Shown here: piece by piece, positions 33,156 through 45,386 of the stretch
Layout: each line of letters begins with the position of its first letter
How positions within the stretch are numbered: position 1 is the stretch's first letter
Origin: a virus
DNA length: 64,000 bases
Virus record (IMG/VR): IMGVR_UViG_3300028920_000027
Span: 32,001-96,000 of that record
Reading direction: 5' to 3' (one strand)
Notes under the pieces: generated by a model
The model's database searches: none
What the model was told of the DNA's origin: nothing
What the model saw: the letters and a program-made list of their open reading frames with translations, nothing else
Program-made: the position numbers and the translations under genes

Positions 33156-35373
33156 CACCCCTCTTTACACCAATGAGGGCATCCGTGACCGCTTTCCCGA
33201 GCACGGAATTGCGAGATCGGACCTTGTTGTTCTCAATGGCCCGCTGGATGGCACGTTCTTCACCCAGAAGCCAAACCTGGCGTCGGGCGCGCGTCACACC
33301 CGTGTAAAGCAGGTTGCGCTGGAGCATCCAGCCCTGGCTGTTCACAATCGGCATGATCACCACATCGAACTCCGACCCTTGACTTTTGTGCACGGTGATC
33401 GCGTAGGCCAGCTGGAGCTTGTCAGGGGCTTCGCTGAAGGGGAAGGAAACGACGGCATCCCCACCGTGCTCCCCTGCCCCGTGTACGCGCAGGATCAACT
33501 GCTCCTTCACATAGTCGATGCCGTGCAGTTTGGCCATGTCACCGTTGTAGACCTCCCGCTGATAGTCGTTGCGGATGACCATCACACGGTCGCCTACCCG
33601 AAAAAGCATCTCCTCCTTAGTACCGGGTTTGCGGTACCGCCACTCCAAAGGTCCCGGGGGGTTGAGCCGTTCACGAAGAGCTTCATTGAGACTGTTTACC
33701 CCCACAGCACCTTGGTACTTCGGACTCAGCACCTGGAAGTTGGCATCGCGCTCCTTGAGACGAGCAGCCATGTTCACAATGACGGCACGGACCTTCTCTT
33801 CGTCGGGGATCCTTACGAATTTCAGCTCGCTCTCACCCTTAGGTTCACCCAATTCCGGCATCTCACCTCGATTGATGGCGTGACTGCCTCGAACAATAGC
33901 GCTCCGATGACTCTGCCGGAAGATCTGAGTCAGCCGCACTCGGGGAATGGCCTCACAGCTCACCAACTCCTTGAGTACGTTGCCCGCCCCCACACTCGGC
34001 AGCTGGGCATCGTCCCCCACCAAAACGACCATGGTGTCGGGTTGAAGCGCCGACAGCAGACGGTAGAGCAGTTCCTGGTCCACCATGCTGACCTCGTCAA
34101 CGATCACGGCATCACACTCAGTCAAGCGGTTATCAGCATTGTGCCCCCACTCCGAACTGTTGTACCGAAGCTTGCGATGGATCGTGAAGGCATCGTGCCC
34201 CACCACAGCGCCTAAGCGCTTAGCTGCGATGCCTGTGGGAGCCAGCAGCTCGAACCTCAGGTGAAAGGACTCCAGGAGGCGGACCAGGGCGCGCACGACC
34301 GTGGTCTTCCCCGTTCCAGGAAGCCCTGTCAGAACGAGAACTCGCTTGTCGGCAAGTTGCGAAACAGCTTCTCGTTGACTCTCAGACAGCTCGATGCGGT
34401 TGGATCGCTCGTAGTCCTCGATGAAGGGTTCGAGGTCAACCGTGATCTCAGAGGGGAGGATCATGCGAGCCAAGATCTTCGCAGAATCACGCTCGTACCG
34501 GTACAAGGCCGGAGCGTAGATGCCCGTCCCGCGCTCCAAAATCACAGCCCTTCGGTCCACCAGATCCTGGACCACATCACTGAAGTCGTGGTTCTCGAAC
34601 GACCGGGTACGCTCACGGGTCGTTATGTCTACGATGTGCCCCGTCAGCTCCCCCCGCCTCAGGAACAAGTGACCTTGGGTCGTAGCCTGCCACAGCGCCC
34701 ACAGCACTGCGCCCTCTCGACGACGAGGGTCGTCGGTTCCGATGTTGAGTTTCTGCCCCAGCTTGTCGACGGCCTCGAAGGTGAAGCCCTGGACTTCCAG
34801 AAGTCGATAGGGGTTCTGCTGAATGACAACGGGCGCGTCAGACCCAAAGTGCCCGATCACGGCGTCCACCATGTCGGCTCGAAGCCCAGCTTGCTGCATC
34901 AACAGAGCCGTACCCTTGGCCGCCAACATCTGAAGCCAGCCGATGACCGCGGCTTCCACCTGCTCAGGGGAAAACCCTGGGACGGGAACCTGTCGAACTA
35001 AGTCAGGGTCGTTCAGGGCCTCGAACACGTCGCCGTCATGTACCTCGACCCACTTGCGGCAAAACACTGAATCATGGCAGCCCTGCACACAGACATGAAG
35101 AAAGTGGGCTTGGTCTGATGGTCCGGATGCCCAGGGAGCCCAGCTGGTCACCGCGAGCTGGGACCCGTACTTGGGGTGCTTCTTCCACTCCCCCACCAGC
35201 TCCAAAGAGAGATCGGGCTCCAACCGAGAGACACCGTGAAGATTCCCTCGAAAGGTGACGCGCCTGGGCACCGTCCCGGCATCATCGGTGCCCCTTGCAT
35301 CAACATCGATCTGCCCAATCACGAATGCGCCCTCCTGGTACCGAACATCGACGATCCGCCCTCTCAACTTCAT
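33103..35373 (-). CDS. recD2: RecD2-like SF1B helicase
   Basis: NPYRL, GLPGTGKTT, APTGIAA, TIHR, IVDEVSM, GDDAQLPSVG, LTQIFRQ, AYAITVHKSQGSE, YTGVTRAR. Confidence 0.93.
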   Translation of the reverse strand: MKLRGRIVDVRYQEGAFVIGQIDVDARGTDDAGTVPRRVTFRGNLHGVSRLEPDLSLELVGEWKKHPKYGSQLAVTSWAPWASGPSDQAHFLHVCVQGCHDSVFCRKWVEVHDGDVFEALNDPDLVRQVPVPGFSPEQVEAAVIGWLQMLAAKGTALLMQQAGLRADMVDAVIGHFGSDAPVVIQQNPYRLLEVQGFTFEAVDKLGQKLNIGTDDPRRREGAVLWALWQATTQGHLFLRRGELTGHIVDITTRERTRSFENHDFSDVVQDLVDRRAVILERGTGIYAPALYRYERDSAKILARMILPSEITVDLEPFIEDYERSNRIELSESQREAVSQLADKRVLVLTGLPGTGKTTVVRALVRLLESFHLRFELLAPTGIAAKRLGAVVGHDAFTIHRKLRYNSSEWGHNADNRLTECDAVIVDEVSMVDQELLYRLLSALQPDTMVVLVGDDAQLPSVGAGNVLKELVSCEAIPRVRLTQIFRQSHRSAIVRGSHAINRGEMPELGEPKGESELKFVRIPDEEKVRAVIVNMAARLKERDANFQVLSPKYQGAVGVNSLNEALRERLNPPGPLEWRYRKPGTKEEMLFRVGDRVMVIRNDYQREVYNGDMAKLHGIDYVKEQLILRVHGAGEHGGDAVVSFPFSEAPDKLQLAYAITVHKSQGSEFDVVIMPIVNSQGWMLQRNLLYTGVTRARRQVWLLGEERAIQRAIENNKVRSRNSVLGKAVTDALIGVKRGDAKDTTDTTGAAQSAGE

Positions 35374-35795
35374 TGCAAAGTCTCCAACAAAGGGTAGTGC
35401 TTGACTGTGATGGCCCGGACTGAACGCACGCGGGACCCGAGAACCGCAAACCACCCGTGTGGCCTCATCAACCAAAACTGCTCCCCCCATCGAGGATACT
35501 GAGAAGCCATGACATTCCAAAAGCCGAACCGAGGGTCATCCTCGAACAGGACCAGGGGCACAAGCGTCAAGTAGTCCTCCCCCCAGGCTGCAAACAAAGC
35601 GGACCCTTCGATCCGTCGCATGGGTGGGCTACCCATCTGCATGGCGGATTGGGCATTCCTGTACACTGGAACGTCGTAGTAGGGCCCGACGTTGACCAAG
35701 GGGCACCGCGCCCGCAGGTCATCCCGCAAGTCACGTAGCTGATGAGTCACCTGGCTTTCAACCACCAACCAACTCCAGGAACTCGCGCTCACCAA
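35370..35795 (-). CDS. Hypothetical protein (start uncertain)
   Basis: Fills the gap between ligA and recD2. Confidence 0.5.
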   Translation of the reverse strand: MVSASSWSWLVVESQVTHQLRDLRDDLRARCPLVNVGPYYDVPVYRNAQSAMQMGSPPMRRIEGSALFAAWGEDYLTLVPLVLFEDDPRFGFWNVMASQYPRWGEQFWLMRPHGWFAVLGSRVRSVRAITVKHYPLLETLQ

Positions 35796-37716
35796 TGCAC
35801 TTGGTACCGTAGGAACGGGCCTTCTTGGCCTTGCTTGTCATAGAGTTGGGGTTCGCCATCACGAGGTACGTCAGCCCCCTGGTCACCCCACTCTTGACAG
35901 AGGCACCCGCCTCGGATGCCAAATTCTCCAAGAGATCGCGCTTGTTCTCCATTGTGCCCGTGAAGCATACTGATTGCCCCGTCAGCGCGCCTTTGGGCCG
36001 GGGACGGATCCCAACCCCTGCCGCCAAAAGCCGCTCGATGAAACCACTGTGGCGCCGTAGCCAGCCGTACAGCGACTGAGCCCGAACGGGCCCTATTCCC
36101 GGAATGGCACTAAATTGGTCCAAGCCAGCCGCCTGCACCTTCTCCAGAGTGTCGTAGCCCGCGTTCACGACCAGCTCGATGGTGCTGACCGAGCACAGGG
36201 GGATGGCGAGGCATCCCAGCCACTTCTCCAGGGGAAGGGGCACGACAGCTCGCAAATTACCGTAGACCGTCTGGGCACTCTTTTCACCCATCCGGTCAAG
36301 GGCCGCCAAATCCGCCACGGAAAGGCCGTAAAGGGCGGGGACATCCCTAGCCAGGCCCTGCTGTACCAGCTTGTGAATGAGGGCCTCTCCGACCTCCAGG
36401 ATGTTGAGCTTCCCGATCCAGTTCCTCAAACGTCCCTCAGCTTGAGCAGGACATTCCCCGAGGTTCGGGCAGATCAGATGCTCCCCCTTGAACTCCAAAA
36501 GACCTCCGCACTCAGGGCACTTCTCGGGCACGGGGGCTGTGGTTCCGGTCCCACGCACCACAGCCGCGATGCGAGGAATCACATCGTTGGCGCGCACCAC
36601 GGCGACAACAGCCCCAACGTCAATACCCAGCCGTTGAATGTACTTCCAGTTGTAGAGGCTGGCTCGCTCAACACGGGTCCCTAGCAAACGCACCGGCTCC
36701 AGGATGGCAACGGGGGTAGCCAGCCCCTGTCCCCCGATTTGAACAATGATCTGCTTGAGCGAGGTATCTCGCCGCACGGGCGGGAACTTGAACGCCACCG
36801 CGCCCACGGGGTTGAGCCCATCAAATCCCAACTCTTCCTGATAGCCCAAGTCATCGAACTCGACCACCAACCCGTCAATGTCGTAGGGAAGCCCTTCCCG
36901 AATTGTCTGCTGGTAGTCGACCCAGATGTCATGAGGGCTCTTGATGCCCGGACGGAAAGCCGTGAGGTAGGCGCTGGGGGTCTCCATGCCTAGGACCTCC
37001 CGGATGTACAAGACCTGTCGGTACCGAGAAGAGTAGTCCCAGTCGGGGGTCTCCAGACCGTCGATCTGGTAAAATAGGACGGTCAGGTGCTTACACCCCT
37101 TCCCATCGTACCGACGGGCGATGCCAGACGCGCCATTGCGGGTGTTAGCGTAGTCGTCCTGGAAGTGCTCCCGGAAGTCGGCCTTCAAGATCACGATCTC
37201 GCCGCGTAAGGTGATCGTCATGGGGGTGTCCAACTCTTGCCGGACCCCCTTCATACGAGCCACGTTGGGCGTGATGTCCTCCCCTTCAAGTCCATCCCCT
37301 CGGGCCACCGCGCGCACCAGCTTCCCGTCCTCGTAGTCCACCGAGACGCTGATCCCGTCCAGCTTGTCGGTGACACAGAGCTTGTTGAGAGGCTCCTGGG
37401 GGTCCTGGGCAGGGTCCTGGGGGTCGGGGCGGGAGTGCTTGCGGATCCAAGCCGTCATCATCTCCTGCGACGACACCTTGCTCAAGGACCCCATGGGGAT
37501 GTGGTGCCGAACCTTAGGCCACTCGCTCATGGCGGGAGCCCCCACCGCGGCTAGCTGAGGGCTGTCGGAACGAATCTCAGACAGCTCGTCGACCATCCCG
37601 TCGTACTCCTCGTCCGACATGATGGCCACGCCATTGTAGTAAGCTTCCCGGGCTTCCTGGATGCGCTCTTCTAACTCGTCGGCACGAGCAGCCTGTACCT
37701 CGTCCAGGATGTCCAT
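35758..37716 (-). CDS. ligA: NAD+-dependent DNA ligase
   Basis: AYY..., MGSLSK, KLDG adenylation motif, RGDGLEGEDIT, LRGE, NTRNGA, AVAFKF, Zn finger, C-terminal BRCT. Confidence 0.95.
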   Translation of the reverse strand: MDILDEVQAARADELEERIQEAREAYYNGVAIMSDEEYDGMVDELSEIRSDSPQLAAVGAPAMSEWPKVRHHIPMGSLSKVSSQEMMTAWIRKHSRPDPQDPAQDPQEPLNKLCVTDKLDGISVSVDYEDGKLVRAVARGDGLEGEDITPNVARMKGVRQELDTPMTITLRGEIVILKADFREHFQDDYANTRNGASGIARRYDGKGCKHLTVLFYQIDGLETPDWDYSSRYRQVLYIREVLGMETPSAYLTAFRPGIKSPHDIWVDYQQTIREGLPYDIDGLVVEFDDLGYQEELGFDGLNPVGAVAFKFPPVRRDTSLKQIIVQIGGQGLATPVAILEPVRLLGTRVERASLYNWKYIQRLGIDVGAVVAVVRANDVIPRIAAVVRGTGTTAPVPEKCPECGGLLEFKGEHLICPNLGECPAQAEGRLRNWIGKLNILEVGEALIHKLVQQGLARDVPALYGLSVADLAALDRMGEKSAQTVYGNLRAVVPLPLEKWLGCLAIPLCSVSTIELVVNAGYDTLEKVQAAGLDQFSAIPGIGPVRAQSLYGWLRRHSGFIERLLAAGVGIRPRPKGALTGQSVCFTGTMENKRDLLENLASEAGASVKSGVTRGLTYLVMANPNSMTSKAKKARSYGTKCIGEREFLELVGG

Positions 37717-37759
37717 CGCCGGACTATACACCGACTAGGAGGCTGGGTCCCTTCCAGGA

Positions 37760-39703
37760 TCACCTGATGGGGCAAGCGCCGCCCTGGCACTCTTCGATCT
37801 CGATATCACCGCCTTTGACGAGAGGATGCCAATGCTCGATTCCATCGTACCGCTGCCAGTACTCTTCCTCAGAAATCGCTTCGTAAGGCGGCTGCTCATA
37901 GCCATGCGTTGAAGGCAAACAGGAAGTGCTCTTGAGTTGAGGAACATATTCCTTCAAGCAGGACGCCAGCTCTTCACGATCAGTCTTGGGGTTAAAATTT
38001 AGCGTGGCTGAGACCGCATTGTCGGCCCACCACCTCTGAATGGTGGCCTGGCGCTCGAACTGCCCACGGATAGTCTCGTTTTCCTTGGTAGTCTGCCCGT
38101 TGGGTGCGCGCATGGGGAACGAGAAGACCCAGGTGTGTCCGGTTTGGTCGTAGACATCCTCTTCATACGGAACGCCAGCTTCCATCATAGCACCCGCCAT
38201 GGGGTCGTTCTTGGCGATTCGCGTGCGACGAACATAGAACGGCGAATGGGGGGCGTGGATACCGGGGCTGGACCCATTCAAAAGGCTAATGGTTCCGCTA
38301 GGTTTGACTGTCGTCACCGTGATGGGCTTGTTCACTTGTAGCTCAGCGGCATACTCATCGGCTTCACGCCGACACGTGCCGTACCATTCAGCAAGCTGCT
38401 CGGGAGTCCACGAGAAGTCGCAGATGCCACCCAAACCAACGCCGACCCGCATATTGGTGCGACCCACAGCGTTGCTCTTGGGGTCGAGCAGGGGAGTCAC
38501 TCGTTGGCGCATCGTGTAGCGAGTCACCAGACGGAAGACCACAACGGGGTCGACTCCCTTTTCGAACTTCGCAGGGAAGACCTCCGCGAGGTTACAGCTC
38601 TCCCGGTCATGAAGGGCTTGCTCCCCACACGGGTTGACCCCCATTGCACTGGGGTCCGTCTGACGCACGAGTGGCAGATTGAGGAGCCCCGGCTCCCCGT
38701 ACTCAATGTTGTCGTTGACCAAGGACATCCAATCGAAGTCCTTGATCTCATCCCAGTCCTGGAATGAGATCGAGTTGTTGCTCGTGTGTCGATGGGAAGC
38801 GACGGCCGCGTAGTCCTTCTTCGCATCGCGGAACTCCTGGTCATCCGAACGCCCCAGCGTGATGAGTGCCGACCGTCGGACGTTGCCACTCTTGATGCAC
38901 AGTCCGATGTGGTTGGTGATGTCCAAGCATTCGACGCTGTTGAGCTGCCGACCCTGGGCACCCCTGACGATAGACCAGACGGCGCGCAAAAGGTTCGTAA
39001 GAGGGCCGGGGCCGCACGCAATGCCGCCGAACGTCTTGATCAGGGCCCCGCGGGGGCGGATGTTGCTGACATCGACCACGACGTCTTCCCCGTTGAAAGC
39101 GGCATTGAGGACTCGGCGCAGAGACTCTACCCAACCCGACCGTGAATCGGCAGCATGGTAGACGGGAGTCGAGCCGTTGAGGAACTCCGGACCCTCAGGC
39201 TTCACCTCACCAACGTTCTCGTGCTGATCGCTGCACCACACGGCCATGCGAGCCCCAGAAACCTTGGCCGTTGGCAAGCTTTCGATGCTGGTCAAACCCA
39301 CCCCCACTCCCCCTCCGAGCATGAGCTGGTTCGCGGTCCAGCACCAGTCCTCTAGCTCGTAGAGCGTCGAATACCAGCAGTTGAATCGAGCGTCGGCCGG
39401 GATACCCTCAACCCCTCCGACCCACAAGCTTCGTCCTGGTGGCAACGCCTGCATTGTCCAGAACAAGTGGAACAGCAGCTCAGCCTCGCTACGAGTCACC
39501 CCCAGCACGAGATTAACGTTACCCTCTACCACCCGCCGAATTGTGTCGGTCCAGGTCTCCCCTTCCCGACTGTACTTCGTCAGGTAGGTGGACCTCGCCA
39601 GCAAAGAGTCGAATGGGTCACGACGCTTGCGGTAAGGAGCAAGGAAATCCTCGCTGAAACGGAACTCGGTGGTGGTGGTAGTAGGCTGCTGTGTAATCAA
39701 CAT
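37760..39703 (-). CDS. nrdJ: Class II (adenosylcobalamin-dependent) ribonucleotide reductase
   Basis: PPGRSLW, FNC, GNVRRSA, NPCGE, CNLAE, TTVKPSGT, terminal CQGGACPIR; no beta subunit nearby. Confidence 0.9.
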   Translation of the reverse strand: MLITQQPTTTTTEFRFSEDFLAPYRKRRDPFDSLLARSTYLTKYSREGETWTDTIRRVVEGNVNLVLGVTRSEAELLFHLFWTMQALPPGRSLWVGGVEGIPADARFNCWYSTLYELEDWCWTANQLMLGGGVGVGLTSIESLPTAKVSGARMAVWCSDQHENVGEVKPEGPEFLNGSTPVYHAADSRSGWVESLRRVLNAAFNGEDVVVDVSNIRPRGALIKTFGGIACGPGPLTNLLRAVWSIVRGAQGRQLNSVECLDITNHIGLCIKSGNVRRSALITLGRSDDQEFRDAKKDYAAVASHRHTSNNSISFQDWDEIKDFDWMSLVNDNIEYGEPGLLNLPLVRQTDPSAMGVNPCGEQALHDRESCNLAEVFPAKFEKGVDPVVVFRLVTRYTMRQRVTPLLDPKSNAVGRTNMRVGVGLGGICDFSWTPEQLAEWYGTCRREADEYAAELQVNKPITVTTVKPSGTISLLNGSSPGIHAPHSPFYVRRTRIAKNDPMAGAMMEAGVPYEEDVYDQTGHTWVFSFPMRAPNGQTTKENETIRGQFERQATIQRWWADNAVSATLNFNPKTDREELASCLKEYVPQLKSTSCLPSTHGYEQPPYEAISEEEYWQRYDGIEHWHPLVKGGDIEIEECQGGACPIR

Positions 39704-39716
39704 CGACTGGGGTCCT

Positions 39717-40667
39717 TCAGGTGGCGATGGCGAGCACGGCAAGCTCAACCTGAGTTCGCTTGGAAGGGGCCGTGCTTTTGACCAGGGCGTCCAATCTACA
39801 TAGATGCTGCATCTGCCCCAGCATCGCTTGAAGCGAGTGCTTTTGGGCTTGGGGGATCAGAGTTTTCTCGCATCGGAAACGATGCATCTCAAGCCGGTCG
39901 GCGATAGCTTGTGACCCGTCCCCACGGTCCAGCATCTGCCTGACGATGACCAACTTGGAAAGTGTGCGCATGAGCGCTGTGGTGATAATCACGGAAGCGC
40001 CATCACCCTTGTCCCCATAGAGCATAGCAACCTTGTTCATCGCCCTTACAGGCTGCTTCGAGTAGGCGTCTTCGACGATCTCGTAGCCCTCGGCAGAGGG
40101 CTGGGAAGCCACCACCAACTTCAACTGCTTCTCGGTGGCCATGCCTCCCTCCGCCAAGAGGGCCAGCTTGGACAGCTCGTTGTGGATGCACCCAAGGTCA
40201 TAGCCAACGTGGCGGATCAACATGGCAGCCAACATCTTGTCGATCTTAACCCCCACATACTTGGCCTCACGCATGATCACTTCGACCTGCTTCTCGTCCT
40301 CCCATGGCTTCGGCTGCTGGTGCTCGTACACCCGCCCCTTGGCAGTGGCTTCCTGCCACACCTTCGGCACCGAATCGCGCCGAAGTATTGCCACCAATAC
40401 GACCGAATCGTCCGAAGGGTCACGCTCCTTGAGGTATTGCTTCAGGTATGGACCATCGACCTTATGGGCGTTGTCGAGGATGATGACCCGCTCCGTCATG
40501 TCAAACGACATTGTCTCGCACTCGTCGACCAGCTCAGCATCAGACACCTTCGTCCCATCGAGCTGACTGACTTGACGGTCTTTCCAACTACGTGCCGTCC
40601 GAATGACGCGATCGAGCAAGAACTCTTCAGTCCCGAAAGCAACGACGAAGGGCACCTTCTTCGCCAT
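39717..40667 (-). CDS. holA: DNA polymerase III delta subunit
   Basis: GTEEFLLDR, MSF...RVIIL, VGYDLGCIHNELSKL pattern. Confidence 0.85.
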   Translation of the reverse strand: MAKKVPFVVAFGTEEFLLDRVIRTARSWKDRQVSQLDGTKVSDAELVDECETMSFDMTERVIILDNAHKVDGPYLKQYLKERDPSDDSVVLVAILRRDSVPKVWQEATAKGRVYEHQQPKPWEDEKQVEVIMREAKYVGVKIDKMLAAMLIRHVGYDLGCIHNELSKLALLAEGGMATEKQLKLVVASQPSAEGYEIVEDAYSKQPVRAMNKVAMLYGDKGDGASVIITTALMRTLSKLVIVRQMLDRGDGSQAIADRLEMHRFRCEKTLIPQAQKHSLQAMLGQMQHLCRLDALVKSTAPSKRTQVELAVLAIAT

Positions 40668-40670
40668 GCA

Positions 40671-41627
40671 TCACCCCATCAAGGCGCTCGCAAGCGCCGC
40701 CTTGAAGTGAAAGGAAAGAAGCGCTGTCTTGGGCAACGTGCCCAAGGCGCGAAGATGGGCTCGAACCTTGACCAGCTTCTCCAAGCCAAGCTTGTGCCGA
40801 AGCTCCCGGATGTCGCTCATCAGATCGAGGTTGGTCAACGACGCAGGCTCATAATCAACCAGGAAGAGGTCCTTGATGATGTGGTCGAGGAAGGCCAACC
40901 CTTCAGGTAGGTCGTCTGACTTCTTCTTCGAGTCAGCTTGAAGGGCGTCCGTCGTGTGAAAAGCGGTGACCAGATCACGATTTGCCGCCGCCCGCAGGAT
41001 GGTCACCATGCGGTCGCGCACCTGAATTCGAGAAGAAGCCCACAATCTGAAGGCTCGCCCCAGAGACCCGTCGGACAAGCGCGCACAGACCAGAGCCGCG
41101 TCAGCATCACTCCCTCGCTCACACAGCTTGCTGACGATGAATGCCTCACTGAGCCGGTTGTAGCGCACCAGCCCACAACGAGAGCGAATGGGCGGGAGAA
41201 CATCAGCAAGGCGTTCCGCAAGCAAGAAGAACCGTGTTGCGGGCGGGGGCTCCTCCAGAGTCTTGAGTAGGGCGTTGTCAGCCCCAGCCGACATCTGATC
41301 AGCTCCGTCGATGATGATGTAACGGTCCCGGGAAAGAGTGGGGTACATCTTGGCCTGGGCCAGGACCTCCCGAACCTCCTTGACCTTGAGGTCCTTGCCA
41401 GGCTCGTCGGGTTCGAGCAGTGCCAGGTCAGGATGGGTGCCAAGGCCCCCACCAGCGCCGATCATCACGGCGCTGGGCCCGAACGATTGTTTAGCGGCTT
41501 GCAGAACAGAGAAGCGGCGGCCGACCCCCGAAGTGCCCACGAGTAGCAAGGGGTCCTTCACCTTCCCCTCGATCACGCATTGGAGGGTGCGTAGACCCTC
41601 TTCCTGCTCATGTACTTCGCTCAGCAC
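40671..41627 (-). CDS. holB: DNA polymerase III delta-prime subunit
   Basis: HPDL, VKEVREV, IDGADQM, NALLKTLEEPP, LPPIRSRC; degenerate Walker A. Confidence 0.9.
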   Translation of the reverse strand: MLSEVHEQEEGLRTLQCVIEGKVKDPLLLVGTSGVGRRFSVLQAAKQSFGPSAVMIGAGGGLGTHPDLALLEPDEPGKDLKVKEVREVLAQAKMYPTLSRDRYIIIDGADQMSAGADNALLKTLEEPPPATRFFLLAERLADVLPPIRSRCGLVRYNRLSEAFIVSKLCERGSDADAALVCARLSDGSLGRAFRLWASSRIQVRDRMVTILRAAANRDLVTAFHTTDALQADSKKKSDDLPEGLAFLDHIIKDLFLVDYEPASLTNLDLMSDIRELRHKLGLEKLVKVRAHLRALGTLPKTALLSFHFKAALASALMG

Positions 41628-41839
41628 TGCTCACCCAAAATAGGGGTCCTAGTGTCGGCTTCCACCGGCACCAACTGCATCACCACCAAGTAGTGTTGAC
41701 CACACCCCTGGCACACGACCCGGTGTGGCTCGCGCCCACTGCTCTGACAGACACTCTTACACCGAAGGCAGCGCATCAGGGAGGCTGAGTTGTCAGATTT
41801 CGTGGCGTCCATGTCAAAGCTGTCCGACGTACCGGGCAA
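41621..41839 (-). CDS. Small zinc-ribbon protein
   Basis: CLRC...CQGC. Confidence 0.55.
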   Translation of the reverse strand: MPGTSDSFDMDATKSDNSASLMRCLRCKSVCQSSGREPHRVVCQGCGQHYLVVMQLVPVEADTRTPILGEQC

Positions 41840-42661
41840 TCAGGATCGGGCTGCAAGAAGGACGTGCCGATAAAGGAACTCGTGGACCTGGGCGTACGGC
41901 TTTTCGTCTTGTAGCCCGTTGTCCGAAACGCGAACTACGACACCTTTCAAGGCGTTACGGATCGGGGCCGCGCGCCACGCCATGAGGAAGTAATTGGAGC
42001 CAGTGAACTGGCGCTCAAAATAGGCCAACGAGTCAGGAGAGGGCGGCCGACCTGACAGCCACATTCTCACCGCGATCGACATCGCATATCCGCGCTTTTC
42101 CCAGTGCACTCGTCCGGGAGCGGGCCAGGGCGCAACGAGCGCGAGCCCCCCGACGAGCACGAGAGTTTCCCAGCCCGTGAGCAAGAAGCTGGTGACGATT
42201 GTTGCAGCCAGAGCGCTGGTGATGATGGCGATGAACGCAGCCATTGACCTCTGTACAACCGCGCACCCCAACACGTAGCCCAGAATTGGCACGAGCATCA
42301 GCCACGAATGCCACCCCGCTAGCCATGCATACACCAGCAACGGTAAGGCCACGAGGATCTGAGGGAACATATAGGACACCTGAAACCACCCGGGGAACCG
42401 CCGACTGTCGTACAGATGGACATACTCGTGCGCCAATACCGTGAAGCTCGCTTCAGGATCCTTCGAATAGTACCCAAAGTTCGGAAACCAAATGGTCTTC
42501 CCCAGCGTCGTGACATATTGGTCCATGAAGCCGGGGTTGAAGGGCCACACCAGAAACCCAAGGGTCAGCATGAACCAAGATTCGTTTTTGAAACAGACCT
42601 TGAAGCCTGGCACCCATCTGTTGATGTCTGCCTCGAACTTCCGCAGTATATTGATGTCCAC
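41840..42661 (-). CDS. Membrane protein with HExxH metallopeptidase motif
   Basis: VLAHEYVH followed by several hydrophobic segments, then WEKRGY (possible third ligand Glu). Confidence 0.7.
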   Translation of the reverse strand: MDINILRKFEADINRWVPGFKVCFKNESWFMLTLGFLVWPFNPGFMDQYVTTLGKTIWFPNFGYYSKDPEASFTVLAHEYVHLYDSRRFPGWFQVSYMFPQILVALPLLVYAWLAGWHSWLMLVPILGYVLGCAVVQRSMAAFIAIITSALAATIVTSFLLTGWETLVLVGGLALVAPWPAPGRVHWEKRGYAMSIAVRMWLSGRPPSPDSLAYFERQFTGSNYFLMAWRAAPIRNALKGVVVRVSDNGLQDEKPYAQVHEFLYRHVLLAARS

Positions 42662-42669
42662 GTTTCACC

Positions 42670-42885
42670 CTACAAATTAACCGAGCCGCCTGTGTTGACT
42701 CCCCAAGAGTGGCCGCACTTGGTGCAGCGGTACAGTCGCTGACCCCCTGCATTTTGGAGATGTACCTCCTGCGCCGTGATCGAGTCACACTTGGGATTGC
42801 GACACTTGAGCTGAACTGGTACGGGCTCTTCTTTTGCGCGCTTGGATAGGCCGGGAGTTGTCCCCGCCGGATCTACTTCTGTCAT
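42670..42885 (-). CDS. Small zinc-ribbon protein
   Basis: CRNPKC...RLYRCTKCGHSW. Confidence 0.65.
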   Translation of the reverse strand: MTEVDPAGTTPGLSKRAKEEPVPVQLKCRNPKCDSITAQEVHLQNAGGQRLYRCTKCGHSWGVNTGGSVNL

Positions 42886-42929
42886 GATGTCCCTTCTGAC
42901 ATGGCTGGACCTCGACAAGTCGGGGCCAC

Positions 42930-43319
42930 TTACAATGACGACGTTGGGTAGTCGTCAGTGAACAGACTCTGCAAGATGCCAAGCACCCGAGCATAGAAGG
43001 TGCGGTCCCGGGCGTCGAGAGTCCCAGGGGCGAAATGCACCTCGGGGTCTCGAACGGTCGGGGTGGCGGCAGGGACAATTTGGGGATGGAACGTGTCTGT
43101 CTCCACGTAGGGTAGAATCTTCTCCCAATCCTCGTGGCGAATAACTACGTTCACCGTCAAACCATGTAGGCGCACGTAGCTGATCCCCCGACCTTGGTTC
43201 GCATCCACACGCACTTTTCCACGCGCATAGGCTACGATGGCCACGGCTACTTCGGGGAGGTCACTCTTTAGCAGTCGAACGGGTCGCCGCCCGGAGATGC
43301 GTAACAAAGTGCCGTCCAC
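42930..43319 (-). CDS. Hypothetical protein (129 aa)
   Basis: Co-oriented ORF downstream of groEL. Confidence 0.55.
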   Translation of the reverse strand: MDGTLLRISGRRPVRLLKSDLPEVAVAIVAYARGKVRVDANQGRGISYVRLHGLTVNVVIRHEDWEKILPYVETDTFHPQIVPAATPTVRDPEVHFAPGTLDARDRTFYARVLGILQSLFTDDYPTSSL

Positions 43320-43352
43320 ATCAGGGGCAAGGCCACAAGTGAATCCATCACA

Positions 43353-45352
<2,000 letters not shown>

Positions 45353-45386
45353 GACCTGGCAGCATACACCAAGTCAGCCCGTGGTG

